A stretch of 64,000 nucleotides of DNA. Origin: an uncultured bacterium. GTDB taxonomy: Bacteria > AUK180. Below, one piece after another: positions 28,943 to 38,621 of this stretch. The notes beneath the pieces were generated by a model, which ran no database searches, had not been told where the DNA came from, and saw only the letters and a program-made list of their open reading frames with translations. A program made the position numbers and the translations under genes. The stretch covers positions 1 through 64,000 of the forward strand of contig CALMGJ010000031.1 in NCBI GenBank assembly GCA_937863565.1, read 5' to 3'. Each line of letters opens with the position of its first letter. The stretch's first letter is position 1.

Positions 28943-29668
28943 TCATTTCACCTTGAAATAGAATATGATCTTGGCAGATATCGTTTTATCCCCTTCTATC
29001 TTTTCCCATCTGAACTGGTTGAGTATGGATATCGCAGTAGCAAGATTCTCTCCGGAGGTGATCGTTTCAGGTTCGATATCCCCGACAATACCTTCGGGGT
29101 TCACGGTAAAGTTCAATGTGATCCTCTCATTTTTCGAGAAAACAAGGTTCTTGGGGATCTCTCCGGTAGTAAGAAGTTTTCTTCCCGCCAGGTCGGGCGA
29201 AATGATCTCATAATCCTTGTCTGAAGACGATTCCGCTGCTTTTTTGAGTTCTTTCTCCATCTCGGTCATATCATCTGTAAGAGAAGGCAGCCGCATATCA
29301 TCAAAAACCGGCCGGAATTCACTCGTGTTCTTTTCATAGATCTCTTTTACAGATGGGTTCACTTTCGGGTCCCTGTAGACAGGGATGAGCGTATCATCTG
29401 TGGATGGAATCAGGTCCTCCCCTATCAGATCCCGATCGAGGAAGGGCTCCTTTATATCCTTCACGGCTTCATTGGTGAAGGCGGAGTCTTCGGGCGCGCC
29501 TTCCATGTTCTTTACTGGGAATGCGATATCCGAGATCTCGAGAAGTTCTATCTCGGGATTCTTAAGAAGCCTGACAAGACCCTTGTTCAGCATCCTTCCG
29601 AAGATCAGAAGGAGCAGGATATGGATAAAAAGCGAGATGAGCAGATAGCGGTTCAGTTTGTCTTCCAT
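28943..29668 (-). CDS. TonB-like energy transducer
   Basis: N-terminal TM with SLFIH (SxxxH) motif; C-terminal TonB_C-like LNFTVNPEGIV...FRWE; follows exbD. Confidence 0.75.
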   Translation of the reverse strand: MEDKLNRYLLISLFIHILLLLIFGRMLNKGLVRLLKNPEIELLEISDIAFPVKNMEGAPEDSAFTNEAVKDIKEPFLDRDLIGEDLIPSTDDTLIPVYRDPKVNPSVKEIYEKNTSEFRPVFDDMRLPSLTDDMTEMEKELKKAAESSSDKDYEIISPDLAGRKLLTTGEIPKNLVFSKNERITLNFTVNPEGIVGDIEPETITSGENLATAISILNQFRWEKIEGDKTISAKIIFYFKVK

Positions 29669-30072
29669 GCTTCCGATTTTGTGGCTATTAATATCCTCTT
29701 GAGGCCCGCTTTCTTTACTATATCTATTACATTCACGATATTCTCGTAACGGGAATCCCTGTCCCCTTTTATAAGAACCACTCTTTCCGGATCGTTCTCG
29801 AATTCCCTGCGCAGGATCTCGAGAAGTTCATTGTTGTTCTCGAGTTTTTTATCGAAAAGGAACACTCTCCCGTTCTTCTCGATCGTGATATTGATATAGT
29901 TCCTGTTCACCGTCACCGGTTGCGTGCTTGAAGGAAGATTGATCTTGATCGTCGGCTGATAGACGAATGTTGTAGAGACCATGAAGAAGATAATGAGAAG
30001 AAAGACCACATCGACCAGCGGTGTAAGATCGAGGCGGACATTCTCGTCAAGCCCTTCCTTTGAGAATCTCAT
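29653..30072 (-). CDS. exbD: Biopolymer transport protein ExbD/TolR
   Basis: LTPLVDVVFLLIIFFMV; IKGDRDSRY. Confidence 0.92.
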   Translation of the reverse strand: MRFSKEGLDENVRLDLTPLVDVVFLLIIFFMVSTTFVYQPTIKINLPSSTQPVTVNRNYINITIEKNGRVFLFDKKLENNNELLEILRREFENDPERVVLIKGDRDSRYENIVNVIDIVKKAGLKRILIATKSEAWKTN

Positions 30073-30707
30073 ATGTTCTCCTTTCCGCTTCCTTTAATGA
30101 ATTTGAACAGGTGCGACATCTTCTCCTCCATATCGATGGAGAGAAGCCTGTTCTTCGTCTGGAGGATGTTATGGAAAATCACAACGGGGATAGCGACGAT
30201 AAGACCCGCCGCTGTTGTGATCAGCGCTTCGGCAATACCCGAGGCAAGCTGTTCAGGGTTTCCTCCGGCATTAGCTATTACGAGGAACGACTTGATCATG
30301 CCTGTTACCGTGCCCAGAAGGCCGAGAAGCGGGGAAACGGTACCGATCGTGGCAAGCGTTTGAAGACGGCCGGCAAGGTGGTATGATTGTCTGTATCCCT
30401 CATCCTCGACGATCTCTTTTAATTCCTGCGAGTCGACTCTCGAGGCATTGTCGAGGGCTGTCTGGAACACTTTTACGAAAGGCAGTTTCCTGTTCTGCTC
30501 TACAAGCGGTTTGAGATTGTTGTATTCCTTGGCGGCAATGATATTGCGTATCGTGTCGAACACTTCGCCCGTCTTCTTCCTCAATTTTCCGTAATAGAAG
30601 AATCTCTCGATTATCACTGCGAGCGCGATAACTGAAAGGATGAAGATCACCAGCACGATTATTCCTCCTGCCGAGAGGAATTTTATGGATTGGATAAAGC
30701 CGCTCAT
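30069..30707 (-). CDS. exbB: MotA/TolQ/ExbB proton channel protein
   Basis: SPLLGLLGTVTGMI, GIAEALITTAAGL. Confidence 0.92.
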   Translation of the reverse strand: MSGFIQSIKFLSAGGIIVLVIFILSVIALAVIIERFFYYGKLRKKTGEVFDTIRNIIAAKEYNNLKPLVEQNRKLPFVKVFQTALDNASRVDSQELKEIVEDEGYRQSYHLAGRLQTLATIGTVSPLLGLLGTVTGMIKSFLVIANAGGNPEQLASGIAEALITTAAGLIVAIPVVIFHNILQTKNRLLSIDMEEKMSHLFKFIKGSGKENI

Positions 30708-32578
30708 TTTATGGCCTCCTTAATTTTATTCAGGATATTTTCGTTTGTTATGCCGAATTTTCCGCAAAGTTCTTCAAAAGTGCCGTGAGGGATGAATTCG
30801 TCAGGCCAGCCGATCTTTATCAATGGCACAGGTATGCTTGCAAGAACGCAGGCAACACCGTCGCCGAAGCCGCCTATTATGGAATTGTCCTCTACGGTAA
30901 CGACGCATTTGGCTTTTTCCGCCATGAACCTGATCGTTGCGGCGTCGACAGGTTTCACCCATACCGCATCTATCAAAGCCGTCTTCAGGCCTTCGCTTTC
31001 AAGATGAGCTGCAAGACCGCCGGAGAAAGAGGTCATTTTCCCCGCCGCGATGATCAGGACATCATACCCGGGATCGCCTCTTAGCACCTCGCATTTCCCG
31101 AAGGGAAGTACTTCAAGCTCCCGCCCGTCTTCCAGGATCTCCCCGGGCAGCGGGCCGCGCGGGTATCTGACCGCGATCGGTCCCTTGTCGTATTTGTATG
31201 CGGTATAAACCGCACGCTGCAGCATTAATGAATTAGAAGGGGCGATAATGGAAACATTGGGGATCATCCGGAGATATGAAAGATCGAAAACACCGTGATG
31301 TGTTTCACCGTCATCGCCGACTATCCCGCCCCTGTCCAGAAAAAACCTTACGGGAAGGTTCTGTATGGCTATGTCGTGAATTATCATATCGAAGGAGCGC
31401 TGAAGAAAGGTTGAGTAAATGGCTATGAACGGGACCATCCCCTTCACTGCCATGCCGCCGGCGAAGGTCACGGCATGCTCCTCTTCGATCCCAACATCAT
31501 AATAGCTTTTCGGGAATCTCGCACCGAATTCGGTCAATCCCGTGCCGTAGCCCATTGCGGCTGTGATCGCAACGATCCGTTCATCCTTCATCCTGAGTGC
31601 TACGGCAGTTTCTCCGAAGATCTCGGAGCAGCTCTTTACGCCGGTTCCTTTGGTCTTCCCTGTCTCTATATCGAAAGAGCCTATTCCGTGGAATTTTATG
31701 GGGTTTTCGAATGAAGGCCGGTAACCGAGGCCCTTTTTCGTAACGACATTGAGTATCTTCGGACCGGGAAGGCCGATTATCCTTTTAACCGTATTTTCAA
31801 CAAGTTTGACATCATGACCGTCTATCGGGCCGAAATATCTGATATTAAAACTTTCGAAAATTTTGCCCGGAACAAGGAGTATCTTGACAGTCTCCAGGAA
31901 TCTGAAGAAAGCGTTTACGAAAATATTCCCCTTCTTCTTGTATGGCCTTAGGGCTTCGAGGATCTTGAAGAGGATCTTATTGTAAATAGGGTCCGAGATC
32001 AGTTTCGAAAGATGGTGGGCGATCGCTCCGGTATTCTTGGAAATGGACATCTCATTGGTGTTCAGTATGATGAGAATATCGTTTTTCGAAGAGCCCGCAT
32101 TGTTCAGGGCTTCATAGGCGATCCCCGAGGTGAGCGCACCGTCCCCGATAACTGCCGTAACATTCCCCGTTTCTCCGCGCATCCTCTTCGCTTCGAGTAT
32201 GCCCAGAGCCGCAGAGATCGAAGTAGAAGAATGCCCTGCGCCGAAAACATCGTACGGGGATTCGTTCCTTTTAAGGTAACCGCTGAGGCCGTTGAAAGTT
32301 CTTAGTGTCGGGAACCTTCCGTAACGCCCTGTAAGAAGTTTATAGGCATATGTCTGATGACCTACATCCCAGATGATCTCATCTCCTTTCTTTTCAAGAT
32401 CGAGGGCTCTTAAGAGTGCTACGGTAAGCTCCACGCTCCCGAGATTCGAAGCGAGATGGCCGCCGTTCCCGGAGACCGTTTTGATGATCGCCCATCTTAT
32501 CTCCGCACACAATCTTCCGATATCGTTGAGGGACAGCTTCTTAACGTCGTTAGGGCCTATTATCTTTTCAAGGAACAT
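30704..32578 (-). CDS. dxs: 1-deoxy-D-xylulose-5-phosphate synthase
   Basis: GGHLASNLG, WDVGHQ, GHSSTSIS, GDGALT, YSTFLQR, DGETHHG. Confidence 0.97.
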   Translation of the reverse strand: MFLEKIIGPNDVKKLSLNDIGRLCAEIRWAIIKTVSGNGGHLASNLGSVELTVALLRALDLEKKGDEIIWDVGHQTYAYKLLTGRYGRFPTLRTFNGLSGYLKRNESPYDVFGAGHSSTSISAALGILEAKRMRGETGNVTAVIGDGALTSGIAYEALNNAGSSKNDILIILNTNEMSISKNTGAIAHHLSKLISDPIYNKILFKILEALRPYKKKGNIFVNAFFRFLETVKILLVPGKIFESFNIRYFGPIDGHDVKLVENTVKRIIGLPGPKILNVVTKKGLGYRPSFENPIKFHGIGSFDIETGKTKGTGVKSCSEIFGETAVALRMKDERIVAITAAMGYGTGLTEFGARFPKSYYDVGIEEEHAVTFAGGMAVKGMVPFIAIYSTFLQRSFDMIIHDIAIQNLPVRFFLDRGGIVGDDGETHHGVFDLSYLRMIPNVSIIAPSNSLMLQRAVYTAYKYDKGPIAVRYPRGPLPGEILEDGRELEVLPFGKCEVLRGDPGYDVLIIAAGKMTSFSGGLAAHLESEGLKTALIDAVWVKPVDAATIRFMAEKAKCVVTVEDNSIIGGFGDGVACVLASIPVPLIKIGWPDEFIPHGTFEELCGKFGITNENILNKIKEAIK

Positions 32579-32579
32579 A

Positions 32580-33380
32580 TCAGATCTTCATCAGCTCGTA
32601 GATCTCGTCGAAGAACCGCTTCGTCGCCTCCTTACGGAGGATGCTCATGATGCCCTTGGATGATTCAAGTATCTCTCTGAAGAGTTTCACAGCGTCATCC
32701 CTGCTCATTATGCGCAGTATGCCCTTATTTTCTTTCTTCTCGCTTTTCAGATCATTGTGTATCTGAAAAGCATTACCGAAATAGTATGCGCTTTTGAAAA
32801 TGCGGTCGTACTCCGACATATCTCCTTTCACCTTGAAAGGAAGAAGATATGCGATCTCAAAGAGCTTCCCCGTTTTAAGATAGAACACTTCAAGAAGGCG
32901 GTCAAGGTCTTTCTGATCTTCAGACATATCGTAATATTGACCCAGCAGAAGGCCGGCAGGTCCGGCGCCGTCCTTCACCCAGGCCATGAAATGCTCATGG
33001 TTCTTGAGTGTCGAGAACAGGTATATGGCGTCATTGAGCATGATATCGCTCGCAAGAAGGGCTTTGCACTCGGTATACTTCTTATGTAGAGAAGGCCTTC
33101 CCCTTCTCATATCATCATTGTCGAAAGAGGGAAGATCGTCCTGGATGAGCGAATAATTATGGATGAATTCGAGGCCGATCATTCCATTTTTAATATCATC
33201 TGCACTGAGACCGATATCTTCGGCAAGGGCGAGCATGATCGCAGGTCTTAACCGTTTTCCTCCTCCTGACAGTGCATATTCGAGCATCTCCCTGAATTCA
33301 CCCTTATAATTATCCTTGAGGAATTCCGCGAGGATGTTCTCGAACCTTTCCTTGTATGAAGACAGTATATCAATTCTCAT
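32580..33380 (-). CDS. ispA: Polyprenyl (geranyl/farnesyl) diphosphate synthase, with degenerate second Asp-rich motif
   Basis: GGKRLRP, SLIQDDLPSFDNDDMRRG, GQYYD, KTG; xseB-ispA-dxs synteny; start ATG 33380. Confidence 0.88.
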   Translation of the reverse strand: MRIDILSSYKERFENILAEFLKDNYKGEFREMLEYALSGGGKRLRPAIMLALAEDIGLSADDIKNGMIGLEFIHNYSLIQDDLPSFDNDDMRRGRPSLHKKYTECKALLASDIMLNDAIYLFSTLKNHEHFMAWVKDGAGPAGLLLGQYYDMSEDQKDLDRLLEVFYLKTGKLFEIAYLLPFKVKGDMSEYDRIFKSAYYFGNAFQIHNDLKSEKKENKGILRIMSRDDAVKLFREILESSKGIMSILRKEATKRFFDEIYELMKI

Positions 33381-33621
33381 CTTTTGCTTCGAACTCCTCT
33401 TCGGTGTATTTCCCGTCAAAGGTCTCTTTAATGATCCTCACCCTGTTTTGGAGCTCCGCGATCTTCTTCTGGGCAGCTTTATTGATCTCATTGCCCTCCG
33501 TGAAAAGTTCCACGGCGCGCTCGAGAGGAAGATTTTCATCCTCAAGCTGCTTTAGGATCGCGTTCAGTTTTTCGAGCATCTTCTCCAGGCTCACATTGGC
33601 ATATTCATTGTTTTTCGGCAT
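33370..33621 (-). CDS. xseB: Exodeoxyribonuclease VII small subunit
   Basis: SLEKMLEKLNAILKQLE...LPLERAVELFTEG. Confidence 0.92.
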   Translation of the reverse strand: MPKNNEYANVSLEKMLEKLNAILKQLEDENLPLERAVELFTEGNEINKAAQKKIAELQNRVRIIKETFDGKYTEEEFEAKDEN

Positions 33622-35008
33622 TTTTCACCTCCAAGTCAAGCTTGCCTTTAAAAAGCAACGCTTCTATGATCTCACCCTTCGCAACTTCCGATGCATCTTT
33701 TATCATCTTTCCTTCCTTCCTCAGGATGGAATAACCTCTTTTCAGTATCGAGAATGGAGAAAGTCCTTCAAGCCTTCCTCTTTTTTCCTCGAAAGAGCGC
33801 CAGGCGGCGGCGAGCCTGCCGCCGATGAGATAGGCGCATCCCGTGAAGGCCTCTGAAAAAGCGGCCGCAGGCAGCCGAAGTTTCATTAATATCCTCTGAT
33901 CGGCCAGGTCCATAGCATTCCCGAACCTTCTTCCGAGATCGGCCGCCTTTTCGGAAGTGAGAAGACCGGCGAGGCGTCCTTTTACTTCATTGAGCCGGCC
34001 GCCGGCGCGCGCCAGATCACGCTGTATGATCCCGGAGCATTCGGACCTTAAACCGGCCATTTCAGATCTCAGAAGATCGAGTTCCTGGAGGATCCGGTCG
34101 GCAGCGTCCTCAATCTTTTCCATGTTCATCCTGAACATTTCGATCCTTTTTGTTATTAAAATCAGCACGGCTGCTATCCTGTTCCTTACGACGGAAAGGG
34201 CCTCGCCGGAATCCCGGGCGATCATTTCCATACCCGCGGTCGGAGTGGCAGCTCTGATATCCGCTACGAGGTCGGATATCGTCCAATCCCTTTCATGTCC
34301 CACAGCGGACATCACAGGAATCTCCGATGAAAAAATAGAGCGCGCTAATTCCTCGTTATTGAAGCACCACAGGTCCTCTATGCTCCCTCCTCCTCTGGTG
34401 ATGACGATAAGGTCGACCCGCCGGGCGTAAGTTACATTGAAGAATTCGATCCCGCGGATCAGTTCCTCATGCGCCTTTATGCCTTGAACGGCGGAAGGAT
34501 AAACGATGATATCGATGGCCGATACCCTTCTTTTCAGGACCGACATCATATCCTTCACTGCGGCACCGTCCGGGGAAGTGATGACCCCGGCAGTCCTTAC
34601 TGTAGAAGGCATGGGCCTTTTCCTTACCGGATCGAAAAGCCCTTCTTTCTCCAGACGTTTCTTGAGCTCTTCGAACTCCCTCTGTTTCTTCCCTTTCTCG
34701 TTCTGGGAAAAGACCTTCTTCACAATGATCTGAAAACTGCTATTGGCCTGATAGATATTCAGCGAACCGTACAAAGTGACCTTATCGCCCTGTTTCAGTT
34801 CGGGAACTCCCCCGTACATATACCATTTAAAGAAAGCCGCTTTGAGCACGGCATTGTCCTCGTCCTTGATGGAGATGTATATATGTTCTTTTCCTCTGGA
34901 TATCTGCGAGATCTCGCCTTCGACGTACACGTATGAATAATTATCCTTTAGAAAATCGTTAATATGGGAGATCAATTCTCCTACGGAATATATCTTCTCT
35001 TCTGACAT
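33605..35008 (-). CDS. xseA: Exodeoxyribonuclease VII large subunit
   Basis: VEGEIS, EGLFD, RGGGSIEDLWCFN, VGHERD, ATPTA, LKRGYS. Confidence 0.96.
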   Translation of the reverse strand: MSEEKIYSVGELISHINDFLKDNYSYVYVEGEISQISRGKEHIYISIKDEDNAVLKAAFFKWYMYGGVPELKQGDKVTLYGSLNIYQANSSFQIIVKKVFSQNEKGKKQREFEELKKRLEKEGLFDPVRKRPMPSTVRTAGVITSPDGAAVKDMMSVLKRRVSAIDIIVYPSAVQGIKAHEELIRGIEFFNVTYARRVDLIVITRGGGSIEDLWCFNNEELARSIFSSEIPVMSAVGHERDWTISDLVADIRAATPTAGMEMIARDSGEALSVVRNRIAAVLILITKRIEMFRMNMEKIEDAADRILQELDLLRSEMAGLRSECSGIIQRDLARAGGRLNEVKGRLAGLLTSEKAADLGRRFGNAMDLADQRILMKLRLPAAAFSEAFTGCAYLIGGRLAAAWRSFEEKRGRLEGLSPFSILKRGYSILRKEGKMIKDASEVAKGEIIEALLFKGKLDLEVKNAEKQ

Positions 35009-35009
35009 A

Positions 35010-36389
35010 TCAGACCAGATCGAGCTCCACGGTAAAATGCCTTAACACGGGCGCTTCCCTCTTTATCTTCACGCCCTTGTACTCTTTCTTCGTGCTGTTG
35101 AGCCCTTTAAAGGCGGATATAACATAATCCATATGTTCCTTCGTGTATACTCTTCTCGGTACCGCAAGACGCAGGTTGTCCATTGCAGGATATACGTTCT
35201 CGCCCGTATCCGGGTCCCTGCCGGCAAGAAGGCTTCCCACTTCAACTCCTCTGATGCCGCCTTCGATGAAAAGTGCTATGCCTAGCGTCTGGGCAGGGAA
35301 AAACTCCTTTCCGATATGGTCCATATACTTCAACCCGTCCACAAACACGGCATGTCCCCCGATCGGCATAACTACCGGCACGCCCAGCGCATTAAGTCCT
35401 TCTCCGAGATGCCTGACCACTGAAGTGCGGTAAGCCAGATGTTCGAATTCTATGCTTTCATAAAGTCCCTGAGAGAGAGCTCCAAGGTCTCTTCCCGAAA
35501 GACCGCCGTATGTCAGGTATCCTTCATGGAGTATGCAGAATACGGAGAACATCTCGTAATAATCCTTGTTATCCGTAGCTATAAAACCTCCCATATTCCC
35601 GAGAGGGTCCTTTTTTGCCGAGCAGATGACGGCATCGGCATAGGACATCATCTTCCTGACTATCTCCCCTACCGTCATGTCCGCATAACCTTCTTCGCGG
35701 ATCTTGATGAAAAAGGCATTCTCGGCGAAACGGGCGATATCCATGAAAAGAGGTATCCTGTATCCTTTCAAAAGGGTGCTCAATGCTTCGATATTCGCCA
35801 TGGAAACGGGCTGGCCGCCTGTAGAATTGCAGGTGACCGTTAGTATGAAAAAAGGGACCTTCTCGAGGTTCTTCTTATCCGAAAGGAAGGAGTCGAGCCG
35901 GGAAATGTCCACATTCCCTTTGAAAGGATGCAGTTTTTCGGGACTAAGACCCTCTTCGATGACGAAGAACTGTCCCCTGCCGCCCTTATCCTCTATATGT
36001 GCCATCGTCGTATCAAAATGATAATTTCCCGGAACTATCATGCCCGGTTTGAGAAGGGCTCTGCTCACGATATTTTCAGCCGCACGTCCCTGATGAGAAG
36101 GGATCACATATTCAAAACCGAGCACATCGGAAACGGCTTTTTTAAACTTGCGGAATGATTCGGCTCCGGCATACGCTTCATCTCCCAGCATTATCTCCGC
36201 CCACTGGGCGGAACTCATTGCACCGGTGCCCGAATCCGTTAAAAGATCTATCATCACATCCCCCGATGCGATATTGAAAAGATTATACCTGGCATTTTTT
36301 ATTATCTCAGCGCGCTCCTTTCTGTCTGTTTTCCTGATCGGTTCCACTGTTTTGATCCTGAAAGGTATGAATCCGTTCTCGTCCATCAT
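35010..36389 (-). CDS. tnaA: Tryptophanase (PLP-dependent beta-eliminating lyase)
   Basis: IDLLTDSGT, GDEAYAG, HQGRAAE, PLP motif SAKKD and C-terminal LRHFT (tyrosine phenol-lyase typically has SGKKD and LRFFT). Confidence 0.88.
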   Translation of the reverse strand: MMDENGFIPFRIKTVEPIRKTDRKERAEIIKNARYNLFNIASGDVMIDLLTDSGTGAMSSAQWAEIMLGDEAYAGAESFRKFKKAVSDVLGFEYVIPSHQGRAAENIVSRALLKPGMIVPGNYHFDTTMAHIEDKGGRGQFFVIEEGLSPEKLHPFKGNVDISRLDSFLSDKKNLEKVPFFILTVTCNSTGGQPVSMANIEALSTLLKGYRIPLFMDIARFAENAFFIKIREEGYADMTVGEIVRKMMSYADAVICSAKKDPLGNMGGFIATDNKDYYEMFSVFCILHEGYLTYGGLSGRDLGALSQGLYESIEFEHLAYRTSVVRHLGEGLNALGVPVVMPIGGHAVFVDGLKYMDHIGKEFFPAQTLGIALFIEGGIRGVEVGSLLAGRDPDTGENVYPAMDNLRLAVPRRVYTKEHMDYVISAFKGLNSTKKEYKGVKIKREAPVLRHFTVELDLV

Positions 36390-36399
36390 TCGCTCCTTC

Positions 36400-37881
36400 T
36401 TATAATTCCACTTCGACCGGCTTCTTGCGGCTGTCCTTGTAAATGAACTTGAAACCGCATTTTACTTCGGAACCTATGCCGTAAATGTAGAAGAAATCGT
36501 CCGCGAATTCCATGTAGAGCGGAAGCGCGGGATCAAGCTGCAGCTCGCTGATGGCCGCGAACCCCTTGTTCTTTTTATCTATCCCGATCACACCCGCATC
36601 CGGAATGTTTATCTCAATGCTTTCGAATACTCCCTGTTGAAGCAGGTATTTCACTTCTACAGGCTCCGAAGAGATGCCTGAAGCACTAACGCTTATGCGG
36701 CAAAGTCTGAGGGGCAAACCGGACCGCAGGTAGAAGACATAGTATGATCCGGGTTCCAGTCCGATGATATATTTACCGCCGTCGGGGTTCCCGTAGATAA
36801 AGAATTCCTCCGAATCCCCAGAAGGATCGCTGTACTGCACCGTTTCTCCGGCATGTTCGTACTGGAAAGGAAAAAGCGAAGCCGTTGAGGTCTCAGAAAG
36901 AACAAAATCGTTGAATTCCCCTGAATCCGGGATCGCAGCCATCGGGAGCAGCGTTTCCGAGAAGAGGTCATTTGGCGGGCTGATGAATTTATAGGAGGCC
37001 TTATTCACGATCCCTTTAAGGTTCAATCCGTCCTTCAAAACGGTCTTTTCGGCGGTACGGGCATCTGAAAGGAATCTGTCCAAAAAGGCGTTTTTAAGAT
37101 AACTCTCCTCGTCCTCTTTCGAAGTGAATTCCATCGTTCCGTCCTTATCGTAATATTTTATCTTCGTTTTCGGTTCCTCACCCTCTTCTATAAGTGCGAT
37201 ATGATCGTATGTCGCGGCAAGGTACATCTTTTGCGGTTCAGTGAGGATCCACCCGTGTTTTTCATGATACAGGGCGAGCATCGAATGGAAATAATCTCCT
37301 CTTGCAGCACTTTTTTCATACAAGTAGGCGAATACCTTCTTGGCCGGGATCCCGCTCAAACGAAGAAGATAACGGGTCAGCTCCGTATATCCGTCACAGT
37401 TACCTTTTCTTTCGGCAAATACTTTCCCCGGGTCCTGCGGTGAATCGCCGCTTGACAACTCATACTTGATGTTCGTATTGACCCATTCGAATATCTTGTA
37501 AACGCGTGAAAGGAAAGTATCGTTTTTAGAAAAGACCGTCCTTTCGAACAGGGTGTCGATCTCGGGAAAATTCTTCCCGTTCTTCGCGAATTTAAGAAGT
37601 TCAGAAGAAGAATATTTACGAAGCGGCTGATCGGAGATCTCCTTCATATCCGTTTCGACTTCAAAAGCAAATCTTTCAATATCCGTTCTAACGAACGTGA
37701 CGCGGTAATTGTAGTATGAAAGACTCCTTGGAATGAATTCGAAAGCATCCCCTATAACATAGGATTTAATGGCTTTGCCCGACCTTATTTCACCGTATGC
37801 GGAGATCTCATTTACCGAATAGACGATTATAAAGGTCAAAAATGACAGAATAATTAAGGTTCTCGATCCTCTGCTTTTCAT
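36400..37881 (-). CDS. Exported transglutaminase-like domain protein
   Basis: N-terminal hydrophobic leader; IFEWVNTNIKY, KGNCDGY (Cys), FHS (His), GWILTEP; start could be ATG 37881 or GTG 37896. Confidence 0.8.
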   Translation of the reverse strand: MKSRGSRTLIILSFLTFIIVYSVNEISAYGEIRSGKAIKSYVIGDAFEFIPRSLSYYNYRVTFVRTDIERFAFEVETDMKEISDQPLRKYSSSELLKFAKNGKNFPEIDTLFERTVFSKNDTFLSRVYKIFEWVNTNIKYELSSGDSPQDPGKVFAERKGNCDGYTELTRYLLRLSGIPAKKVFAYLYEKSAARGDYFHSMLALYHEKHGWILTEPQKMYLAATYDHIALIEEGEEPKTKIKYYDKDGTMEFTSKEDEESYLKNAFLDRFLSDARTAEKTVLKDGLNLKGIVNKASYKFISPPNDLFSETLLPMAAIPDSGEFNDFVLSETSTASLFPFQYEHAGETVQYSDPSGDSEEFFIYGNPDGGKYIIGLEPGSYYVFYLRSGLPLRLCRISVSASGISSEPVEVKYLLQQGVFESIEINIPDAGVIGIDKKNKGFAAISELQLDPALPLYMEFADDFFYIYGIGSEVKCGFKFIYKDSRKKPVEVEL

Positions 37882-38578
37882 TGATGCCTGATTCACGCAA
37901 TATGCTGATTATATCATTTTTACCGTAATTATCACAATTTTTCAAGAGATTATTGAGCATATTCTTTCTCCTCTGCGAGAATAGCGAACGGACAAAAGTA
38001 AAAAAACGGTCATCGACACCGGCTTTGATATCATTTTTAAAGCAGATAAACGCAGAATCGACTTTCGGTCTGGGTACGAAAACCGAAGCTGGCACTTTCT
38101 TTAGGATGCGGCCGCTGAAATGCATCTGGAAAAAAATGCTTAAAGAGCCGTAGTCCTTGCCTCCGGGAGCAGCGAAAAGCCTTTTTGCGAATTCATACTG
38201 AACGGTCATATAGTATTCATCGAAATGTTCCATAAGAAGTATCAGCCTCTCAATGACGTGAGTTGATATGTGATACGGAATATTGCTGAAAAAGGTCCAC
38301 CGTTTCCCTTTAAGGAATCCCGTATCCATCTTGAGAAAATCGCCGTTGAATAATATCACATTGCCTCTTTTCTTAAATTTCTCTTCAAGAGCGGGAAAGA
38401 TATCCTTGTCTATCTCTACGGATACTACGCCGGCCGCTCTATCCGCAAGAACGGATGTGAGCGTCCCCTGCCCGGAACCGGCTTCGAGGATATTCCTGCC
38501 CTGCAGGTCCGCGAGATCGGCCAGGCCGGAAAGAAAATTCAGATCGAAGATAAAATTCTGGCTGAGGGAGCGCTTCAT
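37808..38578 (-). CDS. rsmA: 16S rRNA m6,2A dimethyltransferase
   Basis: SQNF, LEAGSGQG, VEID, SNIPYHIS, F.PRPKVDS, QRRK. Confidence 0.95.
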   Translation of the reverse strand: MKRSLSQNFIFDLNFLSGLADLADLQGRNILEAGSGQGTLTSVLADRAAGVVSVEIDKDIFPALEEKFKKRGNVILFNGDFLKMDTGFLKGKRWTFFSNIPYHISTHVIERLILLMEHFDEYYMTVQYEFAKRLFAAPGGKDYGSLSIFFQMHFSGRILKKVPASVFVPRPKVDSAFICFKNDIKAGVDDRFFTFVRSLFSQRRKNMLNNLLKNCDNYGKNDIISILRESGINEKQRIENLNYSVIFDLYNRLFGK

Positions 38579-38621
38579 TTCGAGTATTGCAGATGCGATG
38601 CGACGGTCGGGAACGGTGTTC

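Noticed and set aside
35010-36389. Tyrosine phenol-lyase call
   Set aside because: SAKKD and LRHFT favour tryptophanase
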